Shown one piece after another: positions 20,646 to 29,958 of a stretch of DNA of 64,000 nucleotides. Each line of letters opens with the position of its first letter. Positions within the stretch are counted from its first letter, which is position 1. Origin of the DNA: Alphaproteobacteria bacterium (GTDB lineage Bacteria; Pseudomonadota; Alphaproteobacteria; CACIAM-22H2). The position numbers were made by a program, and so were the translations under genes. A model generated the notes under the pieces. The model made no database searches. It was not told where the DNA came from and saw nothing but the letters and a program-made list of their open reading frames with translations. The stretch is from assembly GCA_036381615.1 (NCBI GenBank), contig DASVCL010000069.1, forward strand, positions 8,154-72,153, given 5' to 3'.

Positions 20646-21464
20646 ATGACCCGGGATACGCCGTCGCTGCTGCTCGTCGGCTGCGGCAAGATGGGGGGCG
20701 CGCTTCTGGCGGGCTGGATCGAGCGCCGCATCGCCGATGCCATCGCCGTCATCGAACCCTCGCCCGAGGCCGTCGCGCCGTTTCGCGGCCGCGCCGGCGT
20801 GACGCTCTACGACGACCTGCGTTCGCTGCCGCCGGGGCTGGCGCCGGACATCGTCGTCTTCGCGACCAAGCCGCAGGGTATCGAGGCGGTGGTGCCGGGG
20901 TATCGCCGCTTCGCGCCCGACGCCCTGTTCCTTTCGATCGCGGCGGGAAAGACCATCGCCTCGTTCGAGGCCATGCTCGGCGGCAATGCCGCGATCGTCC
21001 GCGCCATGCCGAACACGCCGGCGCAGGTCGGCCGCGGCATCACCGTGGCCTGCGCCAATGCCCGCGTGAACGCCGTGCAGCGTCGGTTCGCGGGCGCGCT
21101 TCTGGCCGCCGTCGGCGCCGTCGAATGGGTCGATGATGAGCGCCTGATGGACGCGGTGACGGCCGTGTCCGGCAGCGGGCCGGCCTATGTGTTCCTCCTC
21201 GCGGAATGCCTCGCCGAAGCCGGGATCAAGGCCGGGCTTCCCGCCGATCTCGCCGCCACGCTTGCGCGCGCGACGGTGGCGGGGGCCGGTGAGCTGCTCC
21301 ATCGCGCGCCCGAACCGGCGGCGGTGCTGCGCAAGAACGTGACGTCGCCGGGCGGCACGACCGCGGCGGCGCTCGAGGTGCTGATGGGCGCCCAGGGCTT
21401 GCAGCCGCTGTTGACGGCGGCGGTCGCCGCGGCGACGCGGCGGTCGCGCGAGCTGGCCGGCTAG
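20646..21464 (+). CDS. proC: Pyrroline-5-carboxylate reductase
   Basis: LLLVGCGKMGGALLAGW, RAMPNTPAQVGRG and SGSGPAYVFLLAEC. Confidence 0.9.
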   Translation: MTRDTPSLLLVGCGKMGGALLAGWIERRIADAIAVIEPSPEAVAPFRGRAGVTLYDDLRSLPPGLAPDIVVFATKPQGIEAVVPGYRRFAPDALFLSIAAGKTIASFEAMLGGNAAIVRAMPNTPAQVGRGITVACANARVNAVQRRFAGALLAAVGAVEWVDDERLMDAVTAVSGSGPAYVFLLAECLAEAGIKAGLPADLAATLARATVAGAGELLHRAPEPAAVLRKNVTSPGGTTAAALEVLMGAQGLQPLLTAAVAAATRRSRELAG

Positions 21465-21489
21465 GTCGGCGGACGGGCAGGGGCCGGCC

Positions 21490-21972
21490 GTGCGGCCATT
21501 GAGCGCGTCGGCGCAAAAGGTGCAGGACGCCCTCCTTGCACGCGGCTTTTCGAACAGGGTGATCGAGTTCGAGCAGCCGACGCGCTCGTCGGCCGAGGCC
21601 GCGGCGGCCGTGGGGTGCGAAGTCGCCGACATCGCCAAGTCGATCCTGTTCAAGGGCGCCGTGAGCGGCCGTCCCGTCCTGGTGATTGCGAGCGGCGCCA
21701 ACCGTATCGACGAACGCAAGGTCGCGGCCGCAATCGGCGAACCGGTCGGCAAGGCAGATGCCGCGTTCGTCCGGGCGGCGACCGGCTATGCCATCGGCGG
21801 CGTGCCGCCCGTCGGTCATGCGCAGGCCGTCGTCATCCTGATCGACCGCGATCTCCTCATGCGGCAGAACCTGTGGGCGGCGGCCGGCACGCCGAATGCG
21901 GTATTTCCGGTGACGCCGGACGAATTGCTGCGCCTGACCGGCAGTCAGGTTGCGGACGTCGCACGCGCCTGA
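21490..21972 (+). CDS. YbaK/EbsC family aminoacyl-tRNA deacylase
   Basis: 160 aa with the YbaK/ProX deacylase domain pattern (KSILFKG...LVIASGANRIDERKVA). Confidence 0.8.
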   Translation: MRPLSASAQKVQDALLARGFSNRVIEFEQPTRSSAEAAAAVGCEVADIAKSILFKGAVSGRPVLVIASGANRIDERKVAAAIGEPVGKADAAFVRAATGYAIGGVPPVGHAQAVVILIDRDLLMRQNLWAAAGTPNAVFPVTPDELLRLTGSQVADVARA

Positions 21973-22044
21973 GGTGATGACCGGAACGGTTTGACTCCTG
22001 TCTCGTTCTCTTTACCGTTCAGCTCGCTAGGAGCGGAGGCGGGC

Positions 22045-22707
22045 ATGGCGGCGAGGAAGGGTCGAAAGAAGGCCGAGAAAGGCGAGGCGCGCGCACCGGC
22101 GGCCCAGGCCGGTGCCGGCGAGGTGGACCGCGCCCAGCGTATCATCGACGCCACGATGGAGCTGATCGCGGGGCGGGGCTGGCGCAACATCGCCCTTGCC
22201 GACATCGCCGCCGCGAGCGGCCTGACCCTGGCTCAGCTCTATGCCATCTTCCCGTCGAAGCTCGCAGTGCTCGACGCGTTCGAGCGGCGGATCAACGAGA
22301 AAACGCTCGAGGGCAGCGTCGAGGCCGAGGACTCGGTGCGCGACCGCCTGTTCGAGCTGATCATGCGTCGCCTCGATGCGCTGGCACCCTACAAGCCGGC
22401 CCTGCGCGCGCTGCCCAACGAGACGGTCCGGGATCCGAGCATCGCCCTCTATACCGGCCCGCGCTTCCTCAACGCCATGCGCTGGATCGGCGAGGCGGCC
22501 GGCCTCGAGACCGCCGGGCTCGGCGGCATCCTGCGGGTCAACGGCCTGGCGGCCGTTTACCTGACCACCCTCCGGGCCTGGCTGGACGACGACACGCCGG
22601 ACAATACCCGGACGATGGCGGTCCTCGACCGGGCCCTGAAGCGGGCGGAGCTGTTCGTCCGCAGCCTGCCGCCGTTGCGTCGCCGGGGCGGTGCCGCCGC
22701 CGTATGA
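22045..22707 (+). CDS. TetR/AcrR family transcriptional regulator
   Basis: HTH region IIDATMELIAGRGWRNIALADIAAASGLTLAQLYAIFPSK. An AGGAGCGGAGG RBS precedes the ATG. Confidence 0.8.
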   Translation: MAARKGRKKAEKGEARAPAAQAGAGEVDRAQRIIDATMELIAGRGWRNIALADIAAASGLTLAQLYAIFPSKLAVLDAFERRINEKTLEGSVEAEDSVRDRLFELIMRRLDALAPYKPALRALPNETVRDPSIALYTGPRFLNAMRWIGEAAGLETAGLGGILRVNGLAAVYLTTLRAWLDDDTPDNTRTMAVLDRALKRAELFVRSLPPLRRRGGAAAV

Positions 22708-22820
22708 CAGCTTTGCTGCACTGCAAAAAGTTTCTTGACGAAAAGTTGCGCAATGCCGATACTCACGACGGTTTTGCAACTGTGCAATGCAGCGAGATCC
22801 CCGCTGCAGAAGGGAACTCA
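22708..22820 (+). promoter_or_regulatory. phaP promoter/operator region with multiple TGCA-type palindromes (PhaR-like operator architecture) and a sigma70-like -35/-10 (TTGACG-17-GATACT)
   Basis: Palindromes TGCAGCG-N7-CGCTGCA and TTGCA-N4-TGCAA plus CTGCACTGCA are seen directly in the sequence. The similarity to PhaR sites (TGC-rich, CTGC-N3-GCAG) is from established knowledge. Confidence 0.45.
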
Positions 22821-23291
22821 ATGGCTCGTGCCGACACGCCGTTCATGGATTTTGACTTCGCCAAGGTGCTCAACCCGTCGAAGATGCTGACGGATTTTCA
22901 GTTCGACGGCTTCGACGTGGACGCCGTGCTCGCGGGCCAGCGCCGCAACCTCGAGGCGATCACGGCCGCCCACCAGGCCGCCCTCAATGGATTCGAGGCC
23001 CTGACCCGGCGGCAGGCCGAGATGCTGCGCCAGGCGGTCGAGGAGACCACGCGGGCCGTCAAGGAGATGCTCGCTGCCGGCAGCCCCGAGGAGAAGGCCA
23101 CGCGCCAGGCTGAGCTCGCCAAAGAGGCCTTCGAGCGCGCCGTCGCCAACACGCGCGAGCTCGCCGACCTCGTCGCCAGGTCGCAGACCGAAGCGTTCGG
23201 CCTGCTCCACCGGCGCGTGTCCGAGGGCTTCGACGAGGTGAAGACCTATATCGCCAAGCGCGCGGCGAAGAACGGTCAAGCCGCCGCCTGA
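22821..23291 (+). CDS. phaP: Phasin family protein (PHA granule-associated)
   Basis: [27 protein letters not shown] with an amphipathic helix-rich body typical of alphaproteobacterial phasins. Confidence 0.85.
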   Translation: MARADTPFMDFDFAKVLNPSKMLTDFQFDGFDVDAVLAGQRRNLEAITAAHQAALNGFEALTRRQAEMLRQAVEETTRAVKEMLAAGSPEEKATRQAELAKEAFERAVANTRELADLVARSQTEAFGLLHRRVSEGFDEVKTYIAKRAAKNGQAAA

Positions 23292-23330
23292 GGCGTCGAC
23301 CGACGTTGTAACGATTACCCTGCCACGACC

Positions 23331-23366
23331 GGGGCCGCCGATCGGCGGCCCCAACGTTTTTTCGCG
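23331..23366 (+). terminator. Rho-independent terminator after phaP
   Basis: GGGGCCGCCG-atc-GGCGGCCCC stem followed by AACGTTTTTTCG. Confidence 0.65.
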
Positions 23367-23436
23367 CTCGAGGTGCCGAAGGTCGCGGCAGCCGCGGGTT
23401 GCATCCGGCGTGGCGCTGGCCCAGATTGCATGGGCC

Positions 23437-23775
23437 ATGACCACGATCACCTACGATGACTTCGCCCGGGTCGACATCCGCGTCGGCACGATCATCGCCG
23501 CGGAACCGTTTCCGGAGGCGCGCAAGCCGGCGATCAAGCTCCGCGTCGATTTCGGGCCGGAGATCGGCATCAAGAAGAGCTCGGCCCAGATCACGGTGCA
23601 CTACAAGCCCGAAAGCCTCATCGGCCGGCAGGTCGCCGCCGTCGTCAACTTTCCGCCGCGCCAGATCGGCCCCTTCATGTCCGAGGTGCTGGTCCTGGGC
23701 TTTCCCGATGCCAACGGCGCCGTCGTCCTGATCGGGCCGGATTTCAAGGTCCCGGACGGCGGCCGGCTGTACTGA
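23437..23775 (+). CDS. csaA: tRNA-binding protein CsaA (EMAP/Myf-like domain)
   Basis: [20 protein letters not shown]...KLRVDFG...[10 protein letters not shown]. Confidence 0.8.
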   Translation: MTTITYDDFARVDIRVGTIIAAEPFPEARKPAIKLRVDFGPEIGIKKSSAQITVHYKPESLIGRQVAAVVNFPPRQIGPFMSEVLVLGFPDANGAVVLIGPDFKVPDGGRLY

Positions 23776-23787
23776 TCCCGCGCGGCG

Positions 23788-25092
23788 CTATACCGGCATT
23801 CGGATACGGACGCGCAGGCCGTTGAGCGGCGAGTCGCCGAGCGTGATCTCGCCGCCGTGGCCGCGCACGAAGTCGCGGGCGATCGTCAGCCCCAGGCCGA
23901 CGCCGCCGGTCGCCGCATTGCGCGAGACGTCGAGCCGGTAGAACGGCTTGAACACGTCTTCGCGCGCATGCGGCGGAATGCCGGGGCCGTTGTCGTCGAT
24001 GGTGATCTCGATCCAGCGGCCGCGCCGCGCCGCCTTCACCTGGACCTGCGTTCCGTGCCGGACGGCGTTGGCGATCAGGTTGTCGAAGCACCGCTTCGCG
24101 GCCTGCGGCCGGACCGGCACGACGAGGTCGCCGTCGGTCTCGACCTCGACCGCATGCCCCTCGCGCCGTTTGGCCGACGCGATGTCGCCGATCAGGCGGC
24201 CGAGATCGATCGGCTCCGGCTGCTCCTCGCCCTCGCCGCGCACGAAGGCCAGATAGCTGTCGACCATGCGTTCCATGTCGGCGACGTCGGCCTTGAGGCC
24301 GGCGGCTGACGGGCTGTCGAGCATGGCGAGCTCGAGCTTCATGCGCGTCAGCGGCGTGCGCAGGTCGTGACTGATGCCCGCGAGCATCTCGGTGCGTTGC
24401 GCGAGAAAGCGTCGGATGCGTTCGCGCATGACGATGAAGGCGGCGGCGGCCTGACGGACCTCGGCGGCACCGGCCGGGCGGAAATCGGAGTCGTCGCGCC
24501 CCTTGCCGAACTCCTCCGCGGCTGCGGCGAGACGGCGGATCGGGCGCACCTGGTTGCGCATGAAGATCGAGGCGATCGCGAAGAAGACCAGGGACGAACC
24601 CACCATCCACATCAGGAAGATGTAGACGGTCGAGGTGAACAGGCGCTCGCGCTGCGCGCGCACGTTGAGGACGCCTTCCGGCAGCTGAACCGAAAGCGCG
24701 ACCTCGCGCGGCAGGCTCCAGACGTCGAGCAGGAACGGGCGCCGGACGCGCTCGTTGAGCGCGCGCACGAGGATCGGCTCGAGAATGCCGCTGCCGCGCT
24801 CCGGTCCGGTGTTGGCGAGGATGGCGTCCGGCTCCATCCAGGCGCGGATTCCGACCGTCGTCTCGGCCGTCTGGAAGACCCAGGTGCGCCATTCGGGATC
24901 CGTGCTGCGGCCCAGCAGCTGCACGATCATCGCGACGTCGCCGGCCAGCCCGTGCGCAAGACGGCGGGTCACGGTTTCCCATACGCGATCATAGAAGACG
25001 AAGGCGGCGACCAGCTGCACGAGGACGAGCGGCGTGACGATGATGATCAGCGCCCGGCCAAAAAGACTGCGCGGCATGTAGCGCTTCAGCAC
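23788..25092 (-). CDS. Two-component sensor histidine kinase (EnvZ-like)
   Basis: Two TM segments, a HAMP domain, H-box LAGISHDLRTPLTRM and HATPase motifs (NLIANAVRHG, DDNGPGIP, GGVGLGLTIA). It is adjacent to the OmpR-like regulator. Confidence 0.85.
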   Translation of the reverse strand: MLKRYMPRSLFGRALIIIVTPLVLVQLVAAFVFYDRVWETVTRRLAHGLAGDVAMIVQLLGRSTDPEWRTWVFQTAETTVGIRAWMEPDAILANTGPERGSGILEPILVRALNERVRRPFLLDVWSLPREVALSVQLPEGVLNVRAQRERLFTSTVYIFLMWMVGSSLVFFAIASIFMRNQVRPIRRLAAAAEEFGKGRDDSDFRPAGAAEVRQAAAAFIVMRERIRRFLAQRTEMLAGISHDLRTPLTRMKLELAMLDSPSAAGLKADVADMERMVDSYLAFVRGEGEEQPEPIDLGRLIGDIASAKRREGHAVEVETDGDLVVPVRPQAAKRCFDNLIANAVRHGTQVQVKAARRGRWIEITIDDNGPGIPPHAREDVFKPFYRLDVSRNAATGGVGLGLTIARDFVRGHGGEITLGDSPLNGLRVRIRMPV

Positions 25093-25123
25093 GCGACCTC
25101 CAATCGTCCGCCGGTGGGTATCC

Positions 25124-25804
25124 CTAGTCCGTCCGCAGCAGGTAGCCGGCGCCGCGCACGGTGTGCAGGAACCGCGGCTGCCGCGGATCCGCCTCGATCT
25201 TACGCCGCAGGCGCGTCACCTGCACGTCCACCGTGCGCTCGCCGCCCGAGATTCGCGACAGCCGCAGAAGCTCGCGCCGCTCCACGGCCGTGCCGGCGTG
25301 CTGCGCCAGAACCTTCAGCAGCGATGCCTCGGCGGTGGTCAGCCGGACGATGGCATCGCCGCGCCGCAGCTCCTCGCGCTTGAGGTTGAAGCGAAACTCG
25401 CCGAAGCTGACTTCGTCGACCGGGGCGACCGGCGGCGGTGCGCGGCGAAGAATCGCGCGGACCCGCAGCAGCAGCTCGTCCGGCTCGAACGGTTTGACGA
25501 TGTAGTCGTCCGCGCCGCTCGCCAGCCCGCGGATTCGGTCCGGCGCCTCGCCCATCGCGGTGAGCAGCATGATCGGGACGTCCGTGGACGCGCGCAGCCG
25601 CCGCGTGAGATCCACGCCGTTCTCGCCCGGCATCATCACGTCGAGGATGAGCAGATCGAAGGTGATCGCGTCGCACTTGGCCAGGGCCTCGGCGGCGTCG
25701 GCGGCCGTGGTGACGAGGAAGCCGTTCTTCGACAGATACTGGCGCAACAGTTCGCGCAACCGCGCATCGTCGTCGACCACCAGGATGTGCGCGCTCTCCG
25801 TCAT
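25124..25804 (-). CDS. ompR: OmpR family response regulator
   Basis: Closely resembles E. coli OmpR (ILVVDDDARLRELLRQYL, GADDYIVKPFEPDELLLRVRAILRR, winged-helix TVRGAGY). Confidence 0.85.
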   Translation of the reverse strand: MTESAHILVVDDDARLRELLRQYLSKNGFLVTTAADAAEALAKCDAITFDLLILDVMMPGENGVDLTRRLRASTDVPIMLLTAMGEAPDRIRGLASGADDYIVKPFEPDELLLRVRAILRRAPPPVAPVDEVSFGEFRFNLKREELRRGDAIVRLTTAEASLLKVLAQHAGTAVERRELLRLSRISGGERTVDVQVTRLRRKIEADPRQPRFLHTVRGAGYLLRTD

Positions 25805-25892
25805 CGGCGCGGGTCAGTATAGAGACGCTTGGCGGGCCGGCAAGCTGAACCGCCGTCGCAGGCGACGCGCGATCCCCCGTGTTCCGGGGCGT

Positions 25893-26396
25893 TCAGCGCG
25901 CGCGTGCGGGCGCGGTCGCGCCGACGAAGCGGGCGCGGTCAGCCTCGTTGATCAGGCCGAGCATCACCCGCTTGTAACCCTCGACGGCGGCGGCCCCGGC
26001 CGCGCGATAGGCGGCAGCGACGCGCGCGCGCTGGTTTTCCGTCAGCTTGCGCTCGAGCTCCTGACCCGCGGCGGTCAGCTCCAGCCGCCGCTCGCGGCGG
26101 TCCGTGGGGCCCGGCCGGTGGGTGACGTAGCCCTCGCGGATGAGCTGGCTCAGCACGCGACTCAGGCTCTGCTTCGTCACGCGCAGGATGCCAAGGAGCT
26201 CGCCGACGCGGATGCCGGGATAGCGGCCGACGAAATAGATGACGCGGTGATGGGCGCGCCCCATCGCCAGCTTCGCGAGGATGGCGTCCGGTTCGGCCGT
26301 GAAGTCACGGTAGGCATAGAACAGGAGTTCGATCCCCTGCCGGAGTTCCTCGTCGCGCAGATAGAGGTGTTGCACGCCGGGTTTCAGGTCAGCCAT
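25893..26396 (-). CDS. MarR family transcriptional regulator
   Basis: Winged HTH (RVGELLGILRVTKQSLSRVLSQLIREGYV...DRRERRLELT). It is divergent from ilvE. Confidence 0.8.
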   Translation of the reverse strand: MADLKPGVQHLYLRDEELRQGIELLFYAYRDFTAEPDAILAKLAMGRAHHRVIYFVGRYPGIRVGELLGILRVTKQSLSRVLSQLIREGYVTHRPGPTDRRERRLELTAAGQELERKLTENQRARVAAAYRAAGAAAVEGYKRVMLGLINEADRARFVGATAPARAR

Positions 26397-26527
26397 CGGG
26401 CATTCGATTCCTGCAGGGCAGATTTACGTCAGGTTTGTTGACTTATATGGGGCAAATGTGTTTCTTGATGCAACAGCTTTGCGCATGGAAATTTTCGGAA
26501 GCGCCTGATTAACGCAAGGAAACGACC

Positions 26528-27421
26528 ATGGCTGATCTTGTCCCGTTCGACGATCGCGACGGCTACATCTGGTTCAACGGCAAGCTGATCCCGTGGCGCG
26601 AGGCGAAGATCCACGTCCTCTCGCACGGCCTGCACTATGCCAGCGCGGTCTTCGAGGGTGAGCGCGCCTATGACGGCCATATCTTCAAGTCGCGCGAGCA
26701 CAGCGAACGGCTGATCAAGTCGGGCAAGATCCTGGGCTTCGACGTGCCCTACACGGCCGAGGAACTCGACCGCGCCAAGATCGAGACGATGAAAGCCAAC
26801 AATCTGACCGACTGCTACGTGCGGCCGATCGCCTGGCGCGGGTCGGAGATGATGGGCGTCTCGGCGCAGGCAACGAAGATCAACGTCGCGATCGCGACCT
26901 GGCAATGGCCGTCCTACTTCTCGCCGGAGCTGCGCGAGAAGGGCATCCGCATGTGCTGGGCCAAGTGGAACCGCCCGGCGCCCAATACCGCGCCGACCGC
27001 TGCGAAGGCGACGGGCCTCTACATGATCTGCACGATGTCGAAGCACGCGGCGGAGGCGGACGGCTATCATGACGCCCTGATGCTCGACTGGCGCGGCCAG
27101 ATTGCCGAGGCGACCGGCGCCAACGTGTTCCTCGTCATCGACGGCGAGATCCATACGCCGAAACCGGACTGCTTCCTCGACGGCATCACGCGCCGCACCG
27201 TGATCGAGCTCGCGCGCCAGCGCCAGTACAAGGTGATCGAGCGCGCCATCATGCCGAACGAGCTTGCGCGCGCGCAGGAAGTGTTCCTGACCGGCACCGC
27301 CGCCGAAGTGACGGCGGTCGGCGAGATCGGCGAGTACAAGTTCACGGTCGGGCCGGTCACCCGCAACCTGCGCGACGACTACGCCAAGCTGGTGCGCACG
27401 CCGCCCGCCGCGGCGGCGTGA
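26528..27421 (+). CDS. ilvE: Branched-chain amino acid aminotransferase
   Basis: WFNGKLIPWREAKIHVLSHGLHYASAVFEGERAY with the class IV PLP fold. 297 aa. Confidence 0.9.
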   Translation: MADLVPFDDRDGYIWFNGKLIPWREAKIHVLSHGLHYASAVFEGERAYDGHIFKSREHSERLIKSGKILGFDVPYTAEELDRAKIETMKANNLTDCYVRPIAWRGSEMMGVSAQATKINVAIATWQWPSYFSPELREKGIRMCWAKWNRPAPNTAPTAAKATGLYMICTMSKHAAEADGYHDALMLDWRGQIAEATGANVFLVIDGEIHTPKPDCFLDGITRRTVIELARQRQYKVIERAIMPNELARAQEVFLTGTAAEVTAVGEIGEYKFTVGPVTRNLRDDYAKLVRTPPAAAA

Positions 27422-27427
27422 CGGACG

Positions 27428-27880
27428 CTACCGCTCTTCCCACCGCGCGGCCGCGGCGTCGTCTTTCGCGTCGGCGGCGACCCATTTGGCGCCGCGGTCG
27501 GTGTCCTCGAGCTTCCAGAACGGCGCCTTGGTCTTGAGCCAGTCGATCAGGAAGCGACAGGCCTCGAACGCCGCTTCGCGGTGCGCCGAGGCGGTGATGA
27601 CCAGGACGATGCGGTCGCCGGGCTCGAGACGTCCGTAGCGGTGGACGATGAGGGAGGCCGAAAGCGGCCAGCGCCGGTTCGCCTCGGCCTCGATCTCGGC
27701 GAGCTGCTTTTCGGTCATGCCCGGATAGTGCTCGAGCGTCATCGCGCTGATCCTGGCGCCGCCCGCCATATCGCGCACCAGCCCGACGAACGACACGACG
27801 CCGCCGATGTCGTGCCGGCCGGCGATGAGCCTGTCGAGCTCGGCGCCGGGATCGAAGTCGTCGCGCTGGACGCGGATCAT
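27428..27880 (-). CDS. moaE: Molybdopterin synthase catalytic subunit MoaE
   Basis: MIRVQRDDFDPGAELDRL...HYPGMTEKQLAEIE...KTKAPFWK. The start overlaps the moaD stop as ATGA. Confidence 0.85.
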   Translation of the reverse strand: MIRVQRDDFDPGAELDRLIAGRHDIGGVVSFVGLVRDMAGGARISAMTLEHYPGMTEKQLAEIEAEANRRWPLSASLIVHRYGRLEPGDRIVLVITASAHREAAFEACRFLIDWLKTKAPFWKLEDTDRGAKWVAADAKDDAAAARWEER

Positions 27881-28140
27881 GGCTCGCCGCAGCCCCCCGT
27901 GACGGGCGGGAAGATCGCGACTTCGTCGTCCGGGCCGACCGCGTGGTCGAGCGAGACGTGCTCCTGGTTCACGGCGACACGGATCACCGACATGTCCTTG
28001 AGTGCCTCGGCGTGGCCGGGGGACTGCCGCTTCAGCCATTCAAGGAGGGTGCGTACGTCACGCACTTCGGGCGGCGGGTCGAGCGATTCCTCGCCCGTGC
28101 CGACCCGCGAGCGCACCCAGGCGAAGTAGAGCAACTTCAT
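27877..28140 (-). CDS. moaD: Molybdopterin synthase sulfur-carrier subunit MoaD, with a 4-residue extension after the Gly-Gly
   Basis: MKLLYFAWVRSRVG...DEVAIFPPVTGG followed by CGEP then stop. There are 4-nt overlaps with moeA upstream and moaE downstream. Confidence 0.8.
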   Translation of the reverse strand: MKLLYFAWVRSRVGTGEESLDPPPEVRDVRTLLEWLKRQSPGHAEALKDMSVIRVAVNQEHVSLDHAVGPDDEVAIFPPVTGGCGEP

Positions 28141-29399
28141 GCTGCGACCTCGCTGAACGGCAGGAAATCGACCATGCCCCCGGCCGGCACGGCCGTCAAT
28201 TCCTCGGGCAGCTCGACCAGGCCGTCGGCCTCGACCAGCGACGTCAGGATGCCGGCGCCGTCGCGGGGAAACTTGATCGCGACGGGCACGCCATCCTCGC
28301 CGGTGGTGAGCCGCGCCCGAATCCATTCGCGGCGGCCATGCTTCTTCCTGATCTCGAAGGCGCTCCGCACCCGGAACAGGCGCGGTTCGCGCTCGGCCGC
28401 GTTGGCGCCGGCGAGGCCGAGCAGCAGCGGCCGGGCGAAGCGCAGGAACGTCACCATCATCGCGACCGGGTTGCCGGGCAGGCCGACGAACGGCACGCCC
28501 TTGACCTGGCCCAGCGCCACCGGACGTCCCGGGCGGATGGCGAGCCGCCAGAAATGGATCGAGCCCAGCGCCTCCACCGCGGCGCGGACATGGTCTTCCT
28601 CGCCGGTCGACATGCCGCCCGAGGTGATGATCGCATCGACTTCGCCGCTCGCGCCGGCAAGCGCCTCGCGCACGACGTCGAGGCGGTCGCGCAGGATGCC
28701 CATGTCGCGCACATGGCAGCCGAGCTGCTCCAGAACGGCCCGCAGCACATAGCGATTGGCATCGTAGACGGCGCCGGGCGGGGTCGGCTCGCCGGGTTCG
28801 CGCAGCTCGTCGCCCGTCGAGAAGATCGCGACCGTCAGCGGGCGATAGACCTCGAGCCGTGTCGCCCCGATCGAGGCGGCTAGGCCGATGTCCTGCGGCC
28901 GCAGACGATGGCCGCGCTGCAGCACGGTGCTGCCGGCCCTGACGTCCTCGCCGGCCTTGCGCCGGTTGGCGCCGCGCTTGATGCCCGGGGGCAGCACGAC
29001 ATCGCTTCCGTCGACGCGCGCGTCCTCCTGCATGAATACGGTGTCCGGACCCGCCGGCATCGGCGCGCCGGTGAACACGCGGACGGCGGTGCCGCGCGCG
29101 GCCGGCCCGTCGAGCGGATGGCCCGCCGCGGCCCGCCCAGCGATGCGCAGGCGCGTTTCGCCGTTCGGGACGAGGTCGTCGTAGAAGACCGCGTAGCCGT
29201 CCACGGCGGCGTTGTCGTGCGGCGGCACGTCGCGTGTCGAGACGAGGTCCGCGGCCAGAATGCGCCCGCGCGCGGTGCCGAGCGGCACGGTTTCCGTGCC
29301 GGCGATGACGGTGATGCGCGATGCGAGGATTTTCAGTGCCTCGTCGGCGCGCATGAGGGCGCCGCCGAAGGCGAAGCAGTCGTCGGAAAGCTGTGCCAT
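28137..29399 (-). CDS. moeA: Molybdopterin molybdotransferase MoeA
   Basis: 420 aa. The MoeA N-terminal, MoCF-binding (SGGMSTGEEDH) and C-terminal domains are present. Confidence 0.9.
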   Translation of the reverse strand: MAQLSDDCFAFGGALMRADEALKILASRITVIAGTETVPLGTARGRILAADLVSTRDVPPHDNAAVDGYAVFYDDLVPNGETRLRIAGRAAAGHPLDGPAARGTAVRVFTGAPMPAGPDTVFMQEDARVDGSDVVLPPGIKRGANRRKAGEDVRAGSTVLQRGHRLRPQDIGLAASIGATRLEVYRPLTVAIFSTGDELREPGEPTPPGAVYDANRYVLRAVLEQLGCHVRDMGILRDRLDVVREALAGASGEVDAIITSGGMSTGEEDHVRAAVEALGSIHFWRLAIRPGRPVALGQVKGVPFVGLPGNPVAMMVTFLRFARPLLLGLAGANAAEREPRLFRVRSAFEIRKKHGRREWIRARLTTGEDGVPVAIKFPRDGAGILTSLVEADGLVELPEELTAVPAGGMVDFLPFSEVAA

Positions 29400-29403
29400 G
29401 GCA

Positions 29404-29928
29404 CTAAGGGCCCGCTGCGGCGTGCGCCGGCCGCAGGCGGCAATGCGCGACGATGAAGTCGGCGATCTGCCCGACGTCGTTGAGGTCTAGGCGCGGCCGG
29501 CCGTGCGTCTCGGCGATCGCGGCATCGGTCGCCACCGCGACGACATAGGGGTCACTCGCGCACAGCAACGGCTTGCCGACGGTCGCGCGATGAACCTCGA
29601 TCTTGTCGTGCGGGTGGCCCTTGAACCCTTCGACGATGAGCAGGTCCACCGGCGTCATGCGCGCGACGAGTTCGTCGAGGCCCGGCTCGGGTGCGCCGCG
29701 AAGCTCGTGCATCAGCGCCCAGCGCCGTGCCGAGGAAACGAGGACCTCGGTCGCGCCGGCCGCGCGGTGCTCGTACGAGTCCTTGCCCGGTTGATCGACG
29801 TCGAACCCATGATGCGCATGCTTGATGGTCGAGACCGTAAGGCCGCGCGCGGTCAGAACGGGAATGAGCCGGACGAGCAGCGTCGTCTTGCCGCTTCCGC
29901 TCCAGCCCACCACGCCGATGACCTTCAT
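29404..29928 (-). CDS. mobB: Molybdopterin-guanine dinucleotide biosynthesis adaptor MobB
   Basis: P-loop VVGWSGSGKTTLL. 174 aa. Confidence 0.85.
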   Translation of the reverse strand: MKVIGVVGWSGSGKTTLLVRLIPVLTARGLTVSTIKHAHHGFDVDQPGKDSYEHRAAGATEVLVSSARRWALMHELRGAPEPGLDELVARMTPVDLLIVEGFKGHPHDKIEVHRATVGKPLLCASDPYVVAVATDAAIAETHGRPRLDLNDVGQIADFIVAHCRLRPAHAAAGP

Positions 29929-29958
29929 TGCTGCCGTCCCGGCCCGCGCCGGCGCGCC

